Of a DNA stretch of 64,000 nt, positions 1 to 19,522 are shown in pieces. Origin of the DNA: the human T2T-CHM13v2.0 reference genome, Homo sapiens. The position numbers were made by a program, and so were the translations under genes. Under the pieces are notes generated by a model. That model was not told the origin of the DNA, did not search any database, and saw nothing but the letters and a program-made list of their open reading frames with translations. Positions within the stretch are counted from its first letter, which is position 1. The number at the start of each line of letters is the position of its first letter. The stretch is from the NCBI RefSeq assembly GCF_009914755.1, contig NC_060928.1, one strand, 5' to 3'.

Positions 1-2979
1 TTTCTGTGGAAAGAAGAGATGACTAGACAGTTGACCATCATTCAGTTCGATTTGGAATAACCTATTTTTTATTATTTCTAATAAGCAATAATATTTACTT
101 TTAATAAAGAACATTTTGAACATTACAGCTTTTCTTCACAGTCACAATTTCTTTTATCAAACAAATAATGAATAGTCTAATATAGAAGGTTCCCTCAAGA
201 GAAAGCTAAAGGAAAGTGGTAGATTATGTCAACATAATACGACTTTTTTAAAGAATTAGGAATAAACAATTCTATCCATGAATAATATGATGATTTTAAC
301 CTGAAACTAAATGTTTTATAGCGTTAAATATGCAAGTATTAATGCCAAAACAATGTAGAAATTCCACATTAATTTTAATCCTCTATTGTAATTTGCAGCA
401 GACCAAATAAAAGATATATTTTTATGATGATCTCATGCTGCATAATCATTACAGACATTCAAAACTAAGTAATAAACTAAGTAATAAAATAAACTAAGTC
501 ATAACAAGTAATAAAACATTAATTAATATTCCAGTATTAATTTGATAAACATTTTTGAGTTCTTCAGATTGATTTATATATGTTAGTCAAACAGCTGATA
601 TATAATTTTTACATACTTGGAAGGACACACATAATTTAATTCACTTAGATTTGCATGTTATATGAAAAGTAAACAAGGCTCCTATTAGTTGGTATTTTTG
701 AGGTTTTATATTAAATTGGCTATCATGGGATTTTAATATGTAGCCAAATATATTCAAAATCTTACTGAATATAACAAGTACACTGCTCTTTTAATTCTTC
801 ATGCTGTAATGTATGTTTGCGCGAGATTGGAACTCCTTTTTCCTCATTTATTTAAGATTGTTTAAGACATTGGCATTGACTGTAACACCTGGCTGTTAGA
901 GGTCTTTCCAATTTTATGGGTTCTCTTGGAGTTTGTGTGATTTTCAGAAAGGAGAGAAAGGAGTGGCACCATTAATATTATGTAGTGAGTTTCCCAATAC
1001 CTTAGAGAAAAGTAAAATTGTAGTTATATTGAATTTGCTTTAAGAAAGTGAGATAATTGAAAGTTTTTCTAAATTTGAATTTTTAGGTTATGATAGCTGC
1101 CTGCTACATAGTTATTATTGCTGTTTTTCATATTAAATTATCTTACATACATTTGTCATGTGACATATTTCCACTTTATTTTCTGTGTTTCCAAATCACT
1201 AAATTATTATTCTGTTTTCAAAGCCTTGTATCATGAATAAATAAAGACATTTTATTATCTCCCCATATCAAAATCCCTCCTGCACCCCACTCTTACCTTG
1301 CAACGACATAATATTTTCAAATATTAGGGATTTTACATTAGTTTCCAAGACGTGAAATATTGTGCCAGAATCCCAAACAGCTGAAAAGCACCAAAACATA
1401 AACATAAACACCGTCTAACATAAGTAGAAATGTACAAGTTACAGATGGAGTATTTCCGTACTTATGTCGAACTTATTTGATACTTTTGATTTTTCTTTTC
1501 TTTCTCTTGAGACTACACAGAAGGAATAAGATAGAAGGAATAAGATGTAACAGATACAAGGAATAAGATGTAACTTTAACTAGATAGAAGAATAAGATGT
1601 AACAAATTGACATGGAAAATTCATATAGATCAGACACAAATTTTCAGCTATGTCCTAAATAATTACATTTGCAATTAAAAAAATTAACTCTTGGAAGAAC
1701 TAAATATTACAGCTTTAATAATACCATTTTTTAATGCTGCATCAACACTAGAAAGAGACCATTGTGTGTTATAGGCATTGTCAATGACTAAGTAAATAAT
1801 TAAATACAATTAAAATGCCAAAAGCACAAAGCCAGTGGTCTATCTTAGAAGTGTTAGTTATAATTAATTAGGTTTTGTTAACTTTTAAAAATGGGAGTAA
1901 AATAGAAAGAAAATACATTTAGAAAAGTTTGCTGAGTATTTGGATTCCTAAAGACAGCAAAACAATGACAGATTGAAATCCGAGTTACGGATTTCCACTA
2001 AACTACCTATTTCAATCTTCAGCAAGTCTTTTTGACTACGTGTTGTATTGCATTTTATTGTGTTAGACCTGAGCTTGAAAATAGCCTATCATTTATAGGG
2101 GTGAATTGTTGAAGAATATCCCGAATTATTCCCTGAGGGAGCAATTATAATTGTTGAAGGAGGATAAGTGAGAATAGAAAAAGTATCCATGTCACAGGTC
2201 ACATTAAATTCAGCATTGCCCATATGGGTGTTGGAAGATAACTATGGGAAAATTGTAGATATAATTTCTGCTGTGTTTGCAGAGTTATTGATTGAAGACA
2301 TTGGTTTTGAATAGAAATGTTACATTTAGGTTGAGATGTCCAAAGGGCAGCCCATTTTCTTGGTGAGTTCTTCACTCTGTTTGCAGTTCAAGCATAGTGC
2401 TCTAAAAGTCAAACACTTTCTCACTTACCACTGAGTGGCAGCTCTCTCTTTTTAACCTTTTTAACCAAGCAACCTACAGTCATCTCTAAAACATGAATAT
2501 AATGTTCCTCTTAATTCTTAAGACATTTATCTTCCCATCAAGCAAGCAAGACTTCTCTGAATTCCTGTCAGCAAACACACAAGTAGAATAGTTGCAAGAA
2601 CTATTCTGATCATAACTTCCTCCCAAACTAATCAGTACAGCAGTGTTAAGTGGCATGTCATTCTGAAATATGCCACTGAGAGTGACACTTCATGTCGGAA
2701 GTTGTGCTGCTGTATTTGAAATGGAAAAGGAGAACTGTTCTCAAAAATTATTCTACTGTCTTTTTTACATAAAAGACTATAATCTGTGGTTATTATTTCT
2801 GCTTCCTCAGCATACACTCTTTTCTTTTGGGACTCCCAATTTTCCTTTAGGCAAAACAGAAAACCCAAAAACCAAAAACCAAGACAAACAAAAACAAAAT
2901 CTTCCCTCACCCTCATCCCATATGATGAAGATAACACTGGGTCTAGTAGTTAAGAATGGAACAAAGACAGAACTAAACA

Positions 2980-3310
2980 ATGTAATTTTCAATCCCTGGC
3001 CACATCCATTGTTCTGAGATAAGCCTATGACCCAAGCTGGTTTAATTACTATTAATTAACAACAGACTTGTATGGACACCAAATGAAGACTTACTCTTTT
3101 TTATTTCTACCTAATTTGAGGCTGTGATAATGCAGGCATACATACTGAGATCCGATGCTATTAGTGAAGACTCTGGATTCAAATGCTCCCTGAAGCTAAT
3201 TCTATGTCTGTGCTTTTCTGTGCTATGTCTGTGCTTTTCAGTAATGTGAACAAATTAGATCCCTTCTTAAGCCAGTTTTAGCTGAGATTTTTTTATCCCT
3301 TGCTATGGAC
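2980..3310 (+). mobile_element. Old MaLR LTR fragment (MLT1J/K-like)
   Basis: Motifs 'atgacccaagctgg', 'ctctggattcaaatgctccctgaagc' and 3' 'cttaagccagttttagctgagatttt' resemble MLT1 LTRs; heavily diverged. Confidence 0.5.
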
Positions 3311-4229
3311 ACCACCCTAAAATAATAGAGTAATTTATCTTGGGAATAAAATAGAAAATAAAGATGTGAGCCTCAATTCAGAGAATGTTGAGCTAGTTCA
3401 TGAATTCATGAATATATTCACAGAGGGCTTCTTTTTGAGGTCCAACTCTATCATAAATCTGTACTTTCTACCAAAACTGACTGTAGGTTTTAACACCCAA
3501 CACCCAAATTTTATCACAGTGTATGTCAGACAGCACTTTAAGAGACACTCTTACAGGCATACAGTGTACTTGTAACAATCATTTTGTAAATAAGTGCAAC
3601 TTAGCAAAACTCAAATTCAAGCATTTTGTGAAGCTGGGCTGCAGTTATAGATATAAACAAACAATAATGACTCAGTACATAAAATATGAACTTTGAGAAA
3701 TTGCAAACAGAGATGTTGAGAACTCTCTATTCTTTGTGATTAAGGATCTGAAACTGCAAGATCTTCTAACTGTGAATTAAAGAAATCTCAGCAAAATTAG
3801 AAGAATAAAATCTTTCTCATTCTCTCAGAGATGAAAGAAAAATGTTTAATACCCTGAGTTTTATAAAAATGAAGTGTCTATACATGTATTTTTCTAATAA
3901 GTAAGACTTGTAAGACATTCAAACTTTGGAAAATGTTACTATGACTTGTGTAACTTAACTTTAACCATGGATAGGTTGTCTTAATTAATGAAATGTTGCC
4001 ATCATTATAGCATTTAATTTGGCATCTCTGATTTCTCAATGACATATATCTTTACAATTCTTCTTTGATTTATGAGACGAGATTGGAACATATATCTTCT
4101 CTATACCTGAAGGAGAAAACAAAAACATTCTGCCAAATATCTTATTTAAATGAAGACTCTGGTAGTCTTCTCTCATTTAAATTAACCCAGGTGAAATATG
4201 TAAACTTTCAGGCTAGTACTTAGGAGTTT

Positions 4230-4335
4230 TCAGATCAAGAAAGGCCTAGATTCTATTCAATTTCTGCCTCTGTGTAACTTTGGGCAAATAAATTAAACTC
4301 TCTGAGTGTTAATCTACTCATTGATAAAATGCAAT
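4230..4335 (+). mobile_element. MIR SINE fragment
   Basis: MIR core-like 'tgtgtaactttgggcaaataaattaaactctctgagtg...ctcattgataaaatg'. Confidence 0.6.
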
Positions 4336-4344
4336 TGGTTTTAT

Positions 4345-6020
4345 AATTCATTTCAATGAACAGCTTTTAGCTTCATTTAAATTGTTTATTTTCTTTGGTT
4401 TCTCCATTGAATTTTGCTCAATTCTTTATGATTTTTTCCACTTGTTTTGAATTTTATTTGCTTTATTTAGGTGGAATCTGAGATTATTGATTTGAGAATG
4501 TAATTTTTGCTTAAAATGAGAGTTGAGTGCTATACATTATACTCAAATGACAGCTTTAGATGGATTCCACAAATTTGGATATGTTCTATTTTCATGTTTA
4601 ATCAATTTAAGTTTTCTTTTTCAATATCTCTTCAGACTTCCTCGTTAACCCATGGGTTATTAAGAAATATGTTAATTTCCACCAGGTGCAGTGGCTCAGG
4701 CCTGTTATCCCAGAGATTTGGGAGGCCCAGGGGGGCAGATTGCTTGAGACCAGCATGGTGAAACTCAGTCTCAAAATATATATACATATATATATACACA
4801 CAAAAAATTAGCCAAGTGCCTTGATCCTAGTTACTCAGGAGGTTGAATTGGGAGGATAGCTTGAGCCTGGAAGGTGGAGGTTGAAATTAGCCAAGATTGT
4901 GCCATTGCACTCCAGACTAGGAGACAGAGTGAGAACCTGTCTCAAAAAAAAGTATATTAATTAATTTCCAAATAGTTTGGACTATTTTAAATAATTATTA
5001 ATTTTTAGATTAGCTCTGTATGGTCAGAAAAAAATAATTTGTATTATTTCTAGTGTTTCTATTTGTATAGTTTGCTATATGATCAAGGATATGCTCTGTC
5101 TAGGTAAAGGTTTCATATACATTTGAAAAGAACATGTATTCTGCTGACATTAGGAAAGTGTTCCATAAATGTCAATTATTTCCTTTGATGAAGTTGTTCA
5201 ATTCTTCTAAGTTCTTACTGATTGGCTACTAGTTCTATCAATTACAGAGAGAGGAATGTTGTAGTTTCCAGAACTAATTTTGGATATTTTTTTCTATTTC
5301 TTCTTCAACTTCTATGAGTTTTTGCTTTATATAACTCAAAGCTGTTATTAGGTGCATGCAGATTAAAAATTTTTATATCTTCTTAGAAAATTGACACTTT
5401 TATCATTATGTAATGTCACCCTTTATCCCTGGTAACATTTCTTGTTCTGAATCTATTCTGTCAGATATTAGTATAACTAAAGAGGTTTATTTTGACATAT
5501 GTATGGTATAAAGATTTTCATCCTTTTCCTTTTAACAGCTCTAAGCTCAGATATTTAAAGTGTGCTTCCTGTAGCTAACATATAATTGGTTCTTTCTTTC
5601 CTCATTCAATCTACCAATGTTTTTATTAACTGCTATCTTCTAACCTTTTATATTTAATGTGAGTATTGCTATAGCTGCTTTCTGCTTGTTCCGTTTTTAT
5701 TTGGCTTTTTTCTCCATTTATGCCTTCTCTGTGTTAAATGAACATTTTACATGGTTACATTTTATCTTCACTATTGTCTCATTATGTACACCTGTTTAAT
5801 TTTTTTAGTAATTGTCCCAGATTTGAAATATACATATTTACTCAATTGTAGTCTAACTTCCAATGATATCTTTCCACTTCATGTGCAGTTTATCTTATAA
5901 CCATATGGTCTCAACTATTCTCATCTTATTCTCTGTACTATTGCTGCCATGTATTTCATTTTTAAGTACTCATAAGCATACAATATATTACTATTACTTT
6001 TTCCCTACACATTCAGTTAT
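4345..6020 (-). mobile_element. Old L1M fragment (ORF2 endonuclease region), interrupted by an Alu
   Basis: Antisense L1 motifs 'tttgaaaagaacatgtattctgctg', 'ttgacacttttatcattatgtaatgtc', 'atttaaagtgtgcttcctgtag'. Confidence 0.75.
4681..4951 (+). mobile_element. AluJ-like SINE
   Basis: 'ccaggtgcagtggctcaggcctgt', 'ggaggatagcttgagcctgg', ending 'tgtctcaaaaaaaa'; AT-repeat-expanded linker. Confidence 0.9.
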
Positions 6021-6289
6021 TGCTTTGCTTTGACTTCATTTACAGTCTTCACTACCCATCATATTCCATAAGTTAATTTTAAATAGAAATTATAATGGAT
6101 TCTTTGCACTATCAGAGAAAAAGAAAAGTGTCATTCTGGAAAGAATATGGAATTTCAACGTTAACAAACTGGATTTTTTTTCTGTAAATGGGAAATCATA
6201 AGCCATAGATAAAACCAAACCAAAAAATCAGTTTCAGTACTTATTAATAGTAATTGCAATTTCTCAAATTTTCTAAGACAATTAGTTTT

Positions 6290-6712
6290 TTAATCAGGTT
6301 ACCAGAATGGCAAATGAAAGAAAAATATATTAAATAATAATTTAAGGAATTTTACCTATAAGAGAGAAAAAGGAAAACAAAACTAGGTAGAAGAAGAAAT
6401 TTAACTATGATATAGTTGCAACAGATCCCCTGATCTCACTGTGAGCTCTAAAACTGGGTTGGACCTTCAGAAATATCCCAAATTGAGGAAAAGTATTGAG
6501 GCTTTATGTTCCTGTACTAATTACTTTTGTTATAGGTTTCTTCCCATTGAGGAGATGTAAGAGTGTATGAGGATGCCTTTTTTGGCTGAGAGAAAATCCT
6601 TGGAAGGGATACTTCTATGATACATCAGCAGCTATTATTCTCAGCACCTGGGGTAAAAAGCATCTTTACTCTGAAAGGGGACTTAAACAGTACACTACAA
6701 CTTCCATTGCAG
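6290..6712 (-). mobile_element. 3' LTR of an ERVL-class provirus (LTR16A-like)
   Basis: 'agttgcaacaga...gagctctaaaactgggttggaccttcagaaatatcccaaattgagg' resembles LTR16A antisense. It is preceded on the minus strand by a polypurine-tract-like 'aaagggtgaac' and is similar to 19200-19522. Confidence 0.65.
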
Positions 6713-7042
6713 TTCACCCTTTGTGTCTCTTAGAGCCTTTGTTTCCAATAATAAATTTACTTCTTCTGGAAATAGATTTTTCAGGTCTCATTTCCTGAGG
6801 GAAAATTATTATTGAGACTTACACAAGCCTTTCTTCCCTGGCTTCAGCTGGTCTCAGGGCCACAAATGATATGCATAATCTTCCTCCTGTGCTACCCTTT
6901 CTAGATTCCCCTCAACTTCAACTATAACTTCCCGTAGTCAAGAGAGACAACTTTTCTTCTGAAAAGCTGATTCTCTAGGGCATGATTCCCCTCTCCAGTT
7001 AAGGCTGCTATGGTCATGTATTTATTGTCAAAATTGGGCAGA

Positions 7043-7822
7043 TATTTTGTGGTTCCTCAAAAAGCTAAACAGAATTACCATGTGACCCACTCCTGAGTAT
7101 ATACCTAAAAGATTTGAAAATAGAGACTCAAATGGATATGCTTATGCCAATATTTATTTCAGCATTATTCATAATAGCCAAAGGGTAAACACAATCTGAG
7201 TGTATGTAAACTGATTATTGGAGAAATAAAATGTACTCCAAATATACAATAAAATATTACTAACCAATAAAAAGGATGAAGTTCTGATACATGCTACAAC
7301 ATGAATGAATCTTAAAAACATTATGCTAAATGAAATAAGCCAAATACACGAGGACAACCATTATATAATCCCAATTATATAAAATATTTAGGTAAATTAA
7401 TTTATAGAGATAAAAAATAGATTAGATGAGAGGGGAGATGAAAGGAGGGAGAAGTGGAAATTGTTGATTAATGGTTATAGGATTTCTTTCCTGGATGACA
7501 AAAAACTTTTCAAAATAGGTAGAGATGAAGGTCGCATGACATTCTAAATGTAGCTAATGCTATTGAATTGTATACCTAAAAATAATCAAAATGGTAAATT
7601 TTATGTTAATATATAAATATATAAAATTATATAGATTATGTATATAAATTTAATTATAAAATATATGTTACATATACATTTTATTCAATTTATAATATAT
7701 ACAGTTTTTATATATTTTATCAGAATTAAGAAACAATGAAATACTCTAAAATCATTGACTTGAATGGTTTAACTAGGAAAATTGTATTTTATGTCAATCA
7801 TATATCAATAAAATTATTTCAA
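7043..7822 (+). mobile_element. L1MB 3' end inserted in the provirus
   Basis: 'ggttcctcaaaaagctaaacagaattacca', 'catgctacaacatgaatgaatcttaaaaacattatgctaaatgaa'; degenerate TSD aaaattgggcaga / aaaaatggcaga. Confidence 0.85.
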
Positions 7823-8801
7823 AAATGGCAGACGAGTTCTAAGTTATGACCCAATGAATCACCTGGATGCCAAACATATTTTTCATTTTACCTATCATTT
7901 AATAATAACCCTATCTCTTTCTTCTGATGATTACAGTCACTATCTCTGCCAAGATAGTGACTTTTTTCTTCCCTGCTTGTTTTTAGTATTAGGAGACTAA
8001 CATTATGTGGCAGCCATACCTTGAAATTTGCTGAAATTCTGGCCGTCATCCCTGGTAGAAGTGTATCCTCATGGGGAACCTAGACTTTCAGATCTGAAGA
8101 GACTACAGTTGTAGATATGGCAAGCCCACATTCACCAAGTCAGTCACTGAGAGTAACGGTAATTACAGTCATTCCTACTTCCATCTCTTGGTTCTGAAGC
8201 TTACTTATTTTAGATAATGAGGAAAGATACCACATTATTATATTGATTTAGTGTGTATATTGTTCCTAAAATATGGTGCCCCATCTGAGCAGGGTGTTGT
8301 TACCAACCTAGCTTCTGTAACATGCCTCAATTTTCCATTTCTTCATATCCTTTCCTGTAGAGTTCCTTGTTATAATATAATGTTATGCAGAATACCATAT
8401 TAGTGGATCAAACACTCTATGCACTAAAATACTAGCAAAAACTGAGGCTCTGTGGGAAAGGAAATGCTAGCAAAAATTGAGGCTCTAAAGAATGTGTGAA
8501 CTCCAATCATGACGAATTACTGTCCTTTTCAGAATGTAGGTTAGTCTCTGTAGTTAATTTGGCATTAAGTATCTAAGAGGTATATTCCTATATCAGAAAT
8601 TTAGTATTGATTTCTATTGCTAGCAAGATGAATAATTAGCAGCAGCATTAACTAGGTCATTCTTGGTGAGTAGAAACCCAAGCTATTCATGCACCCATTG
8701 TGCTAGCTCAGGAAGGGTTGCTGATAGAGTCTGAACATTAACTGGCTGGAGCATTCTATTTATTAATGCCTCTTTCATGGTGAGCATCTCTGGTAGAGAT
8801 T

Positions 8802-9233
8802 TGTGATGGCTAATTTTATTTGTCAATTTGGCTGGGCCACAGTACTCAGATATGTGGTCAAATATTTTTCTGATGTTTCTGTGAGAGTATTTTGGATGAG
8901 ATTACCATTTAAGTTGGAATTTGTGTAAAGCAGATTGTACTCCATAATGTGTGGTGGACGTTAACAAACCAGTTGAAAGTCTAAAGAGAATAAAAGATCG
9001 CCCTCCACTGGGTAATAAATAATTCTGCAGCAGAGGGGCTTCAGACTTCAACTGCAACACTGGCTCATTCCTGGTCCCTAGCCTGCTGGTCCACTGTGCA
9101 GATTTTGGACCTGTAAGTTTCCATAATTGTGTTAGCCAATTCCTTAAAACCGACCTATATCCATTGTCTATCTCTATGTATAAATTTAAAATATATATTT
9201 ATACTTATAATAAATCTTTATGTTTCTGTCTCT

Positions 9234-9280
<47 letters not shown>

Positions 9281-9314
9281 ATTGGTTGTTTCTCTGGAGA
9301 ACTTTGACTAATAA
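8802..9314 (+). mobile_element. MLT2 (ERVL) solo LTR, MLT2C/D-like
   Basis: Starts 'tgtgatggctaattttatttgtcaa', ends 'gtttctctggagaactttgactaata'. Confidence 0.85.
9238..9279. repeat. (CA)n microsatellite, about 20 units, inside MLT2
   Basis: Uninterrupted CA run seen directly. Confidence 0.95.
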
Positions 9315-10277
9315 AGCATCATAAGGTAACATAAAGATCTTCACTCTTTTTGCTTACCCCCCTCATTTATGCACACGCCTTTTCTGTAGACCTCTCTGTC
9401 TCAGTCTTCTAAGCTGTCTGCTTCTAGGCCCCTGATAAACAAAGCAAGTCTTTCCCCACTGCCAATGAGTTCATATATGTTGTCATCTATGGAAACTATT
9501 CTTGCCACACAATATGAAGGACCAAGTATATCACCTGAAGCTCTGCCCACATGAAAATTCCTCTTCACCAATGTCATTCATGACCACTTCTTCAGAAATG
9601 AAGTCTACTAAACATGTTGCTTATTTCTTTATGGGGGGAGTTGTGAGATACTGTAATTTGGGTTTCTTTATGTTTGAGGAACATTTCAGAACACCCCAGG
9701 TCATTGGACCCCCAAACAATGCACTTATCGATACGTTGAGTCCCAGAAACATTATAGAGTATATTTCTCACACTCTTGAGTGTATGAGCTTTAACAAGGC
9801 CCACCTTATACAGTAGAATTAGCGCATTTTTAATTTGCAACCACAAGCCAATGTACTCATAATCTTTTTCTTGGCCTTTGCCTTCAATATAGGCTGTTCT
9901 GAGTGGCTGCCAATGTAACCATAGGGGTGAGCTGAGGGACAGGGCCCAGTGCAGGGGTGTCTGATAAATTGAAATTCTAAGCCACTTTATGCAAATTACT
10001 TGTAGCCCTAACTTTGATTCTGCCCAATTTCAAATACTTTCCTTCAACCTTGGAATAGATAGCTGGATCTACATGACCACATGATGTGGAGGGTCTCACA
10101 GAAGCCGGATCATAAAGGATGGGCTGCATGGTCACTTGATATCCCATGATCAGCATTTCTCTCATGGCTAAGTAGCATTTTAAGATATTTTTTGAGTGAC
10201 GTATGAATGTTTTTCTTTCAATTTTGTTTTCTTTTTTTTTCTTTTTAAAGTCTTTATTTTGTAGCCAAGTCTATCAG

Positions 10278-16704
<6,427 letters not shown>

Positions 16705-16708
16705 TGCA

Positions 16709-16856
16709 CTTTTTAGAGTCTTGCTTTGTCATCCAGGCTAGAGTGCAGTGGTGCAATCATAAGTCACTATAGCCTCAACATCCTGGGCTCAAGTGATGCT
16801 CCTGCCTTGGCCTCCCAAAGTGCCAGGATTAGAAGTGTGAGCCACCACACCTGGGC
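16709..16856 (-). mobile_element. Monomeric AluJ-derived element (left-arm 5' part plus right-arm 3' part)
   Basis: Minus strand reads 'ggtggctcacac...gcactttgggaggccaagg' then directly 'cacttgagcccaggatgttgaggctatagtga...cactgcactctagcctgg'. Confidence 0.8.
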
Positions 16857-17211
16857 TTATGAATATTTTCCTACCACAAATGTCTTTAATTCCTTAGTTT
16901 ACTAGTTTGTATGATCTTAACAATAGGACTTGCATTGCAGCCCAAAACAGCTGCAAAGCCATTCTTTATGCGTGCCCCAATCGAAGGTGGCAGTTTTCAT
17001 TTCAGTAAGTAAATGGGTGGGAGTGGTATTCTCAAGTGCAGAATATGTTGCCCAAAGAACAAAAGAGATCTAGGAATCTTGCTTCCTTTACTTTGGTGGG
17101 AGGTATGAAGTGTCATGATTAGCTTTTGTTTTGAAAGGAATACACCAGAGCACAACAGATGGCTGGACTCTTAAAATATTATTCATATGCTCAGTCTCTA
17201 AAACATTATAG

Positions 17212-19092
17212 TGATGGCAGTGATGGCCCATCTGGAGCAGCTGCTGCCATGATGCCAGCTGCAGTAAGGAAAGCACAGCTGGGGCGGCATGCTCCATGGA
17301 GCCAGCAGAAGCCAGGGATAGGCAAAAGCCCTACCCACTTCCCAGTTGGCAGGATGGGAGCCTTGTGCTCCCCAGGCACAGCTGCAGCTGACCAGCTGCT
17401 ACTCTGGACCCTGGCATCCCTGTTCTCTTGGGGGCTGGGAGCAGGAGGGAGCCCTGCCCTCTCAGGTACAGCTGCAGCTGCCCAGCTGTGGCTGCAGACC
17501 TGGGCATCTCTGCACTCTCAAGGGCCCGGAAGTCCCCCATCTCACCCCCACAGGCTGAGAAGTGTCTGTTCCCTCTGCCTAGTCTCTCCCAATTTTCAGT
17601 GCTTGCTCTGATCTTGGAGAAAAGTTGAGGCCGAGTCCAGGTGCTGCTGCAATGCAACTGGACGTGTGCACGCTCAGGGCAGCACTGATATGCCAGCCAC
17701 CTGTTGCCTCAGTCCCCTCTGGAATTTGGGTGTTGATGAGCATAGGAGGGAGGCCAAGTGGTGGCTGAGGGCAGCTTGGTACTGGCCTGCAGGCACCCCT
17801 CAGCACAAACAGCCTAGGTGATGGCAGGAGGCAGATAGGCTCCTGGCAGAAAGGGGAAGGTCCCTGGTGAGGCCCCACATTCAAGCCAGAGATGAAGTCT
17901 GGGGGCTGGACTGACAGACCAGTAAGAGAACTTACGCTGCTTTTTCTGGGCCTGCCCGTAGTCACCCGTGAACCAATCAGTATGCACTTCCTCCCCTCTG
18001 AACCCTGTAAAAACCCCCTGGACCCAGCAGAGGTTTGGACTACCAGCTGTGGAGAAGAGCTACCCACTCCAGGGTCTCTTCTCTGCTGAAAGCTGAACAT
18101 TCATTGGGACACCCTGCCTGTGAAGAGGAGCTACCCACTACGGGTCTCCTCTGAGCTGTTCTGTTGCTCAGTAAAGCTCCTCTTCACCTTGCTCACCCTC
18201 CGCTTGTCCACTTACCTCATTCTTCCTGGATGCAAGACAGGAACTTGGGACCTGCCGAATGGTGGGGCTAAAAGAGCTGTAACACAAACAGGGCTGAAAC
18301 ATGTCCCTTGCTTGCCATGTTGTGGGTGACGAGAAAAGAGAGAAGGAAAGAAGAGCTGAAGCCTTTTGGGGAGCCCAGACCTAGGAGGTCCCCGAGCCAG
18401 GGCTATGACATCCTCTTTGAGGTGCTGCAGTTCATGCTATCTCCAAGCTGCTTTTTTTTTGAGACGGAGTCTCGCCCTGTCACCCAGACTGGAGTGCTGT
18501 GGCGCGATCTCAGCTCACTGCAAACTCCGCCTCCTGGGTTCACGCCATTCTCCTGCCTCAGCCTCCTGAGTAGCTGGGACTACAGGCACCCACCACCACG
18601 CCAGGCTAATTTTTTGTATTTTTAGTAGAGATGTGGTTTCACCATGGTCTCGATCTCCTGACCTCATGATCCGCCCGCCTCAGCCTCCCAAAGTGCTGGG
18701 ATTACAGGCGTGAGCCACCGCGCCCGGCTACCATCTCCAAGCTTCTAAGTGCTATTGCATTCCCCAGTGCCAGCCATGGAAGGTGCTTGCAGTGTGTCTG
18801 GTCCAGCTGCAGCTTTGCAGGAGCCAGCGCTTGGAGATACCCACCCTGCTGCAGCTGACATGCCTGGCCGTGTGCAGTGGCTGGAGCCCATGCTTGCTCC
18901 CTCACACAGCCCTCTGTGCCTGGCTCACCCATGGCAGGTGTGAGATTCAGGTTGGTAGCATGAGCTGAGCACAGACTGTCAGGCCGAATGGGTGGAATGA
19001 GCTCAGCAGACGTGAGGAAAATCTCAGGCAAAGGTGCCAAAGGCCACAGAGGTTTCTGGCTAAAAAAACAACATCCCAAAGATTCCATGACA
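17212..19092 (+). mobile_element. MER52-family (ERV1) solo LTR
   Basis: TG...CA termini ('tgatggcagtgatggcccatctggagcagctgctgcc' ... 'catcccaaagattccatgaca'), GC-rich, about 1.6 kb without the Alu; 4-bp flanks atag/acag. Confidence 0.85.
18452..18729 (-). mobile_element. AluY with a 12-bp left-arm deletion, inside MER52
   Basis: AluY diagnostics 'ttcacgccattctcc' and 'tctcgatctcctgacctc'; TSD about 'atctccaagct'. Confidence 0.95.
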
Positions 19093-19199
19093 ACAGAATT
19101 AATTTCTCACACTCTGGAATGCATGTGTTTTATCAAGGCTTCCCTTATATTAGCTGTATCTTGCTCATCATCATTTTAATAAACATAACCTTGTTTGTT

Positions 19200-19522
19200 C
19201 GTCTTATAAGGAAATGGAAGAAATAGGACTGGGCCGAAAGGGGATTTGAATTGTGATGTGGTTGCAACAGGGGCCTCAACTTATAGGGAAACGTAAACTG
19301 AGATAGTTCTTCAAACATATCCTGACTTAAAGTAAGAGGACCAGGTTTTTGTACAAATTGACCACTTCTTAGAAGTAGACTGTTCTCAGGGCATGGGCAT
19401 AATATTGGGTGAGGGCAATTTTGAGGGATTAGCTCAGTTTTGAGACTTCAGCAGTCAAAACTCCTGAAAAAGGAGTTTTCTCCTAGAGAAATCTGGGAGG
19501 CACATCACAGTATCTATTTCAA
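19200..19522 (-). mobile_element. 5' LTR (3'-truncated) of the LTR16A-like provirus
   Basis: 'tgaattgtgatgtggttgcaacaggggcctcaac...gagggcaatt...tctgggaggcacatcacagtatcta' is colinear with 6390-6712. Confidence 0.65.

Noticed and set aside
941-990. Possible 37-nt exon (ttttcag ... gtgagt)
   Set aside because: Weak pyrimidine tract and poor donor context; no supporting frame.
1518-1604. CRISPR-like repeat-spacer appearance
   Set aside because: Repeats are only 9-14 nt, spacers are tiny and self-derived, the context is eukaryotic, and there are no cas genes.
2632-3017. Overlapping 101- and 115-aa ORFs
   Set aside because: Low-complexity A-rich tract, no splice or domain evidence; expected by chance.
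8427-8486. 25-bp direct repeat with a 35-bp period; also the short duplication at 3202-3238
   Set aside because: Ordinary local slippage duplications inside decayed LTR elements.
17088-19179. Cluster of long overlapping ORFs (up to 173 aa) on both strands
   Set aside because: They lie in the GC-rich MER52 LTR and Alu, where stop codons are rare; no recognisable protein domain.
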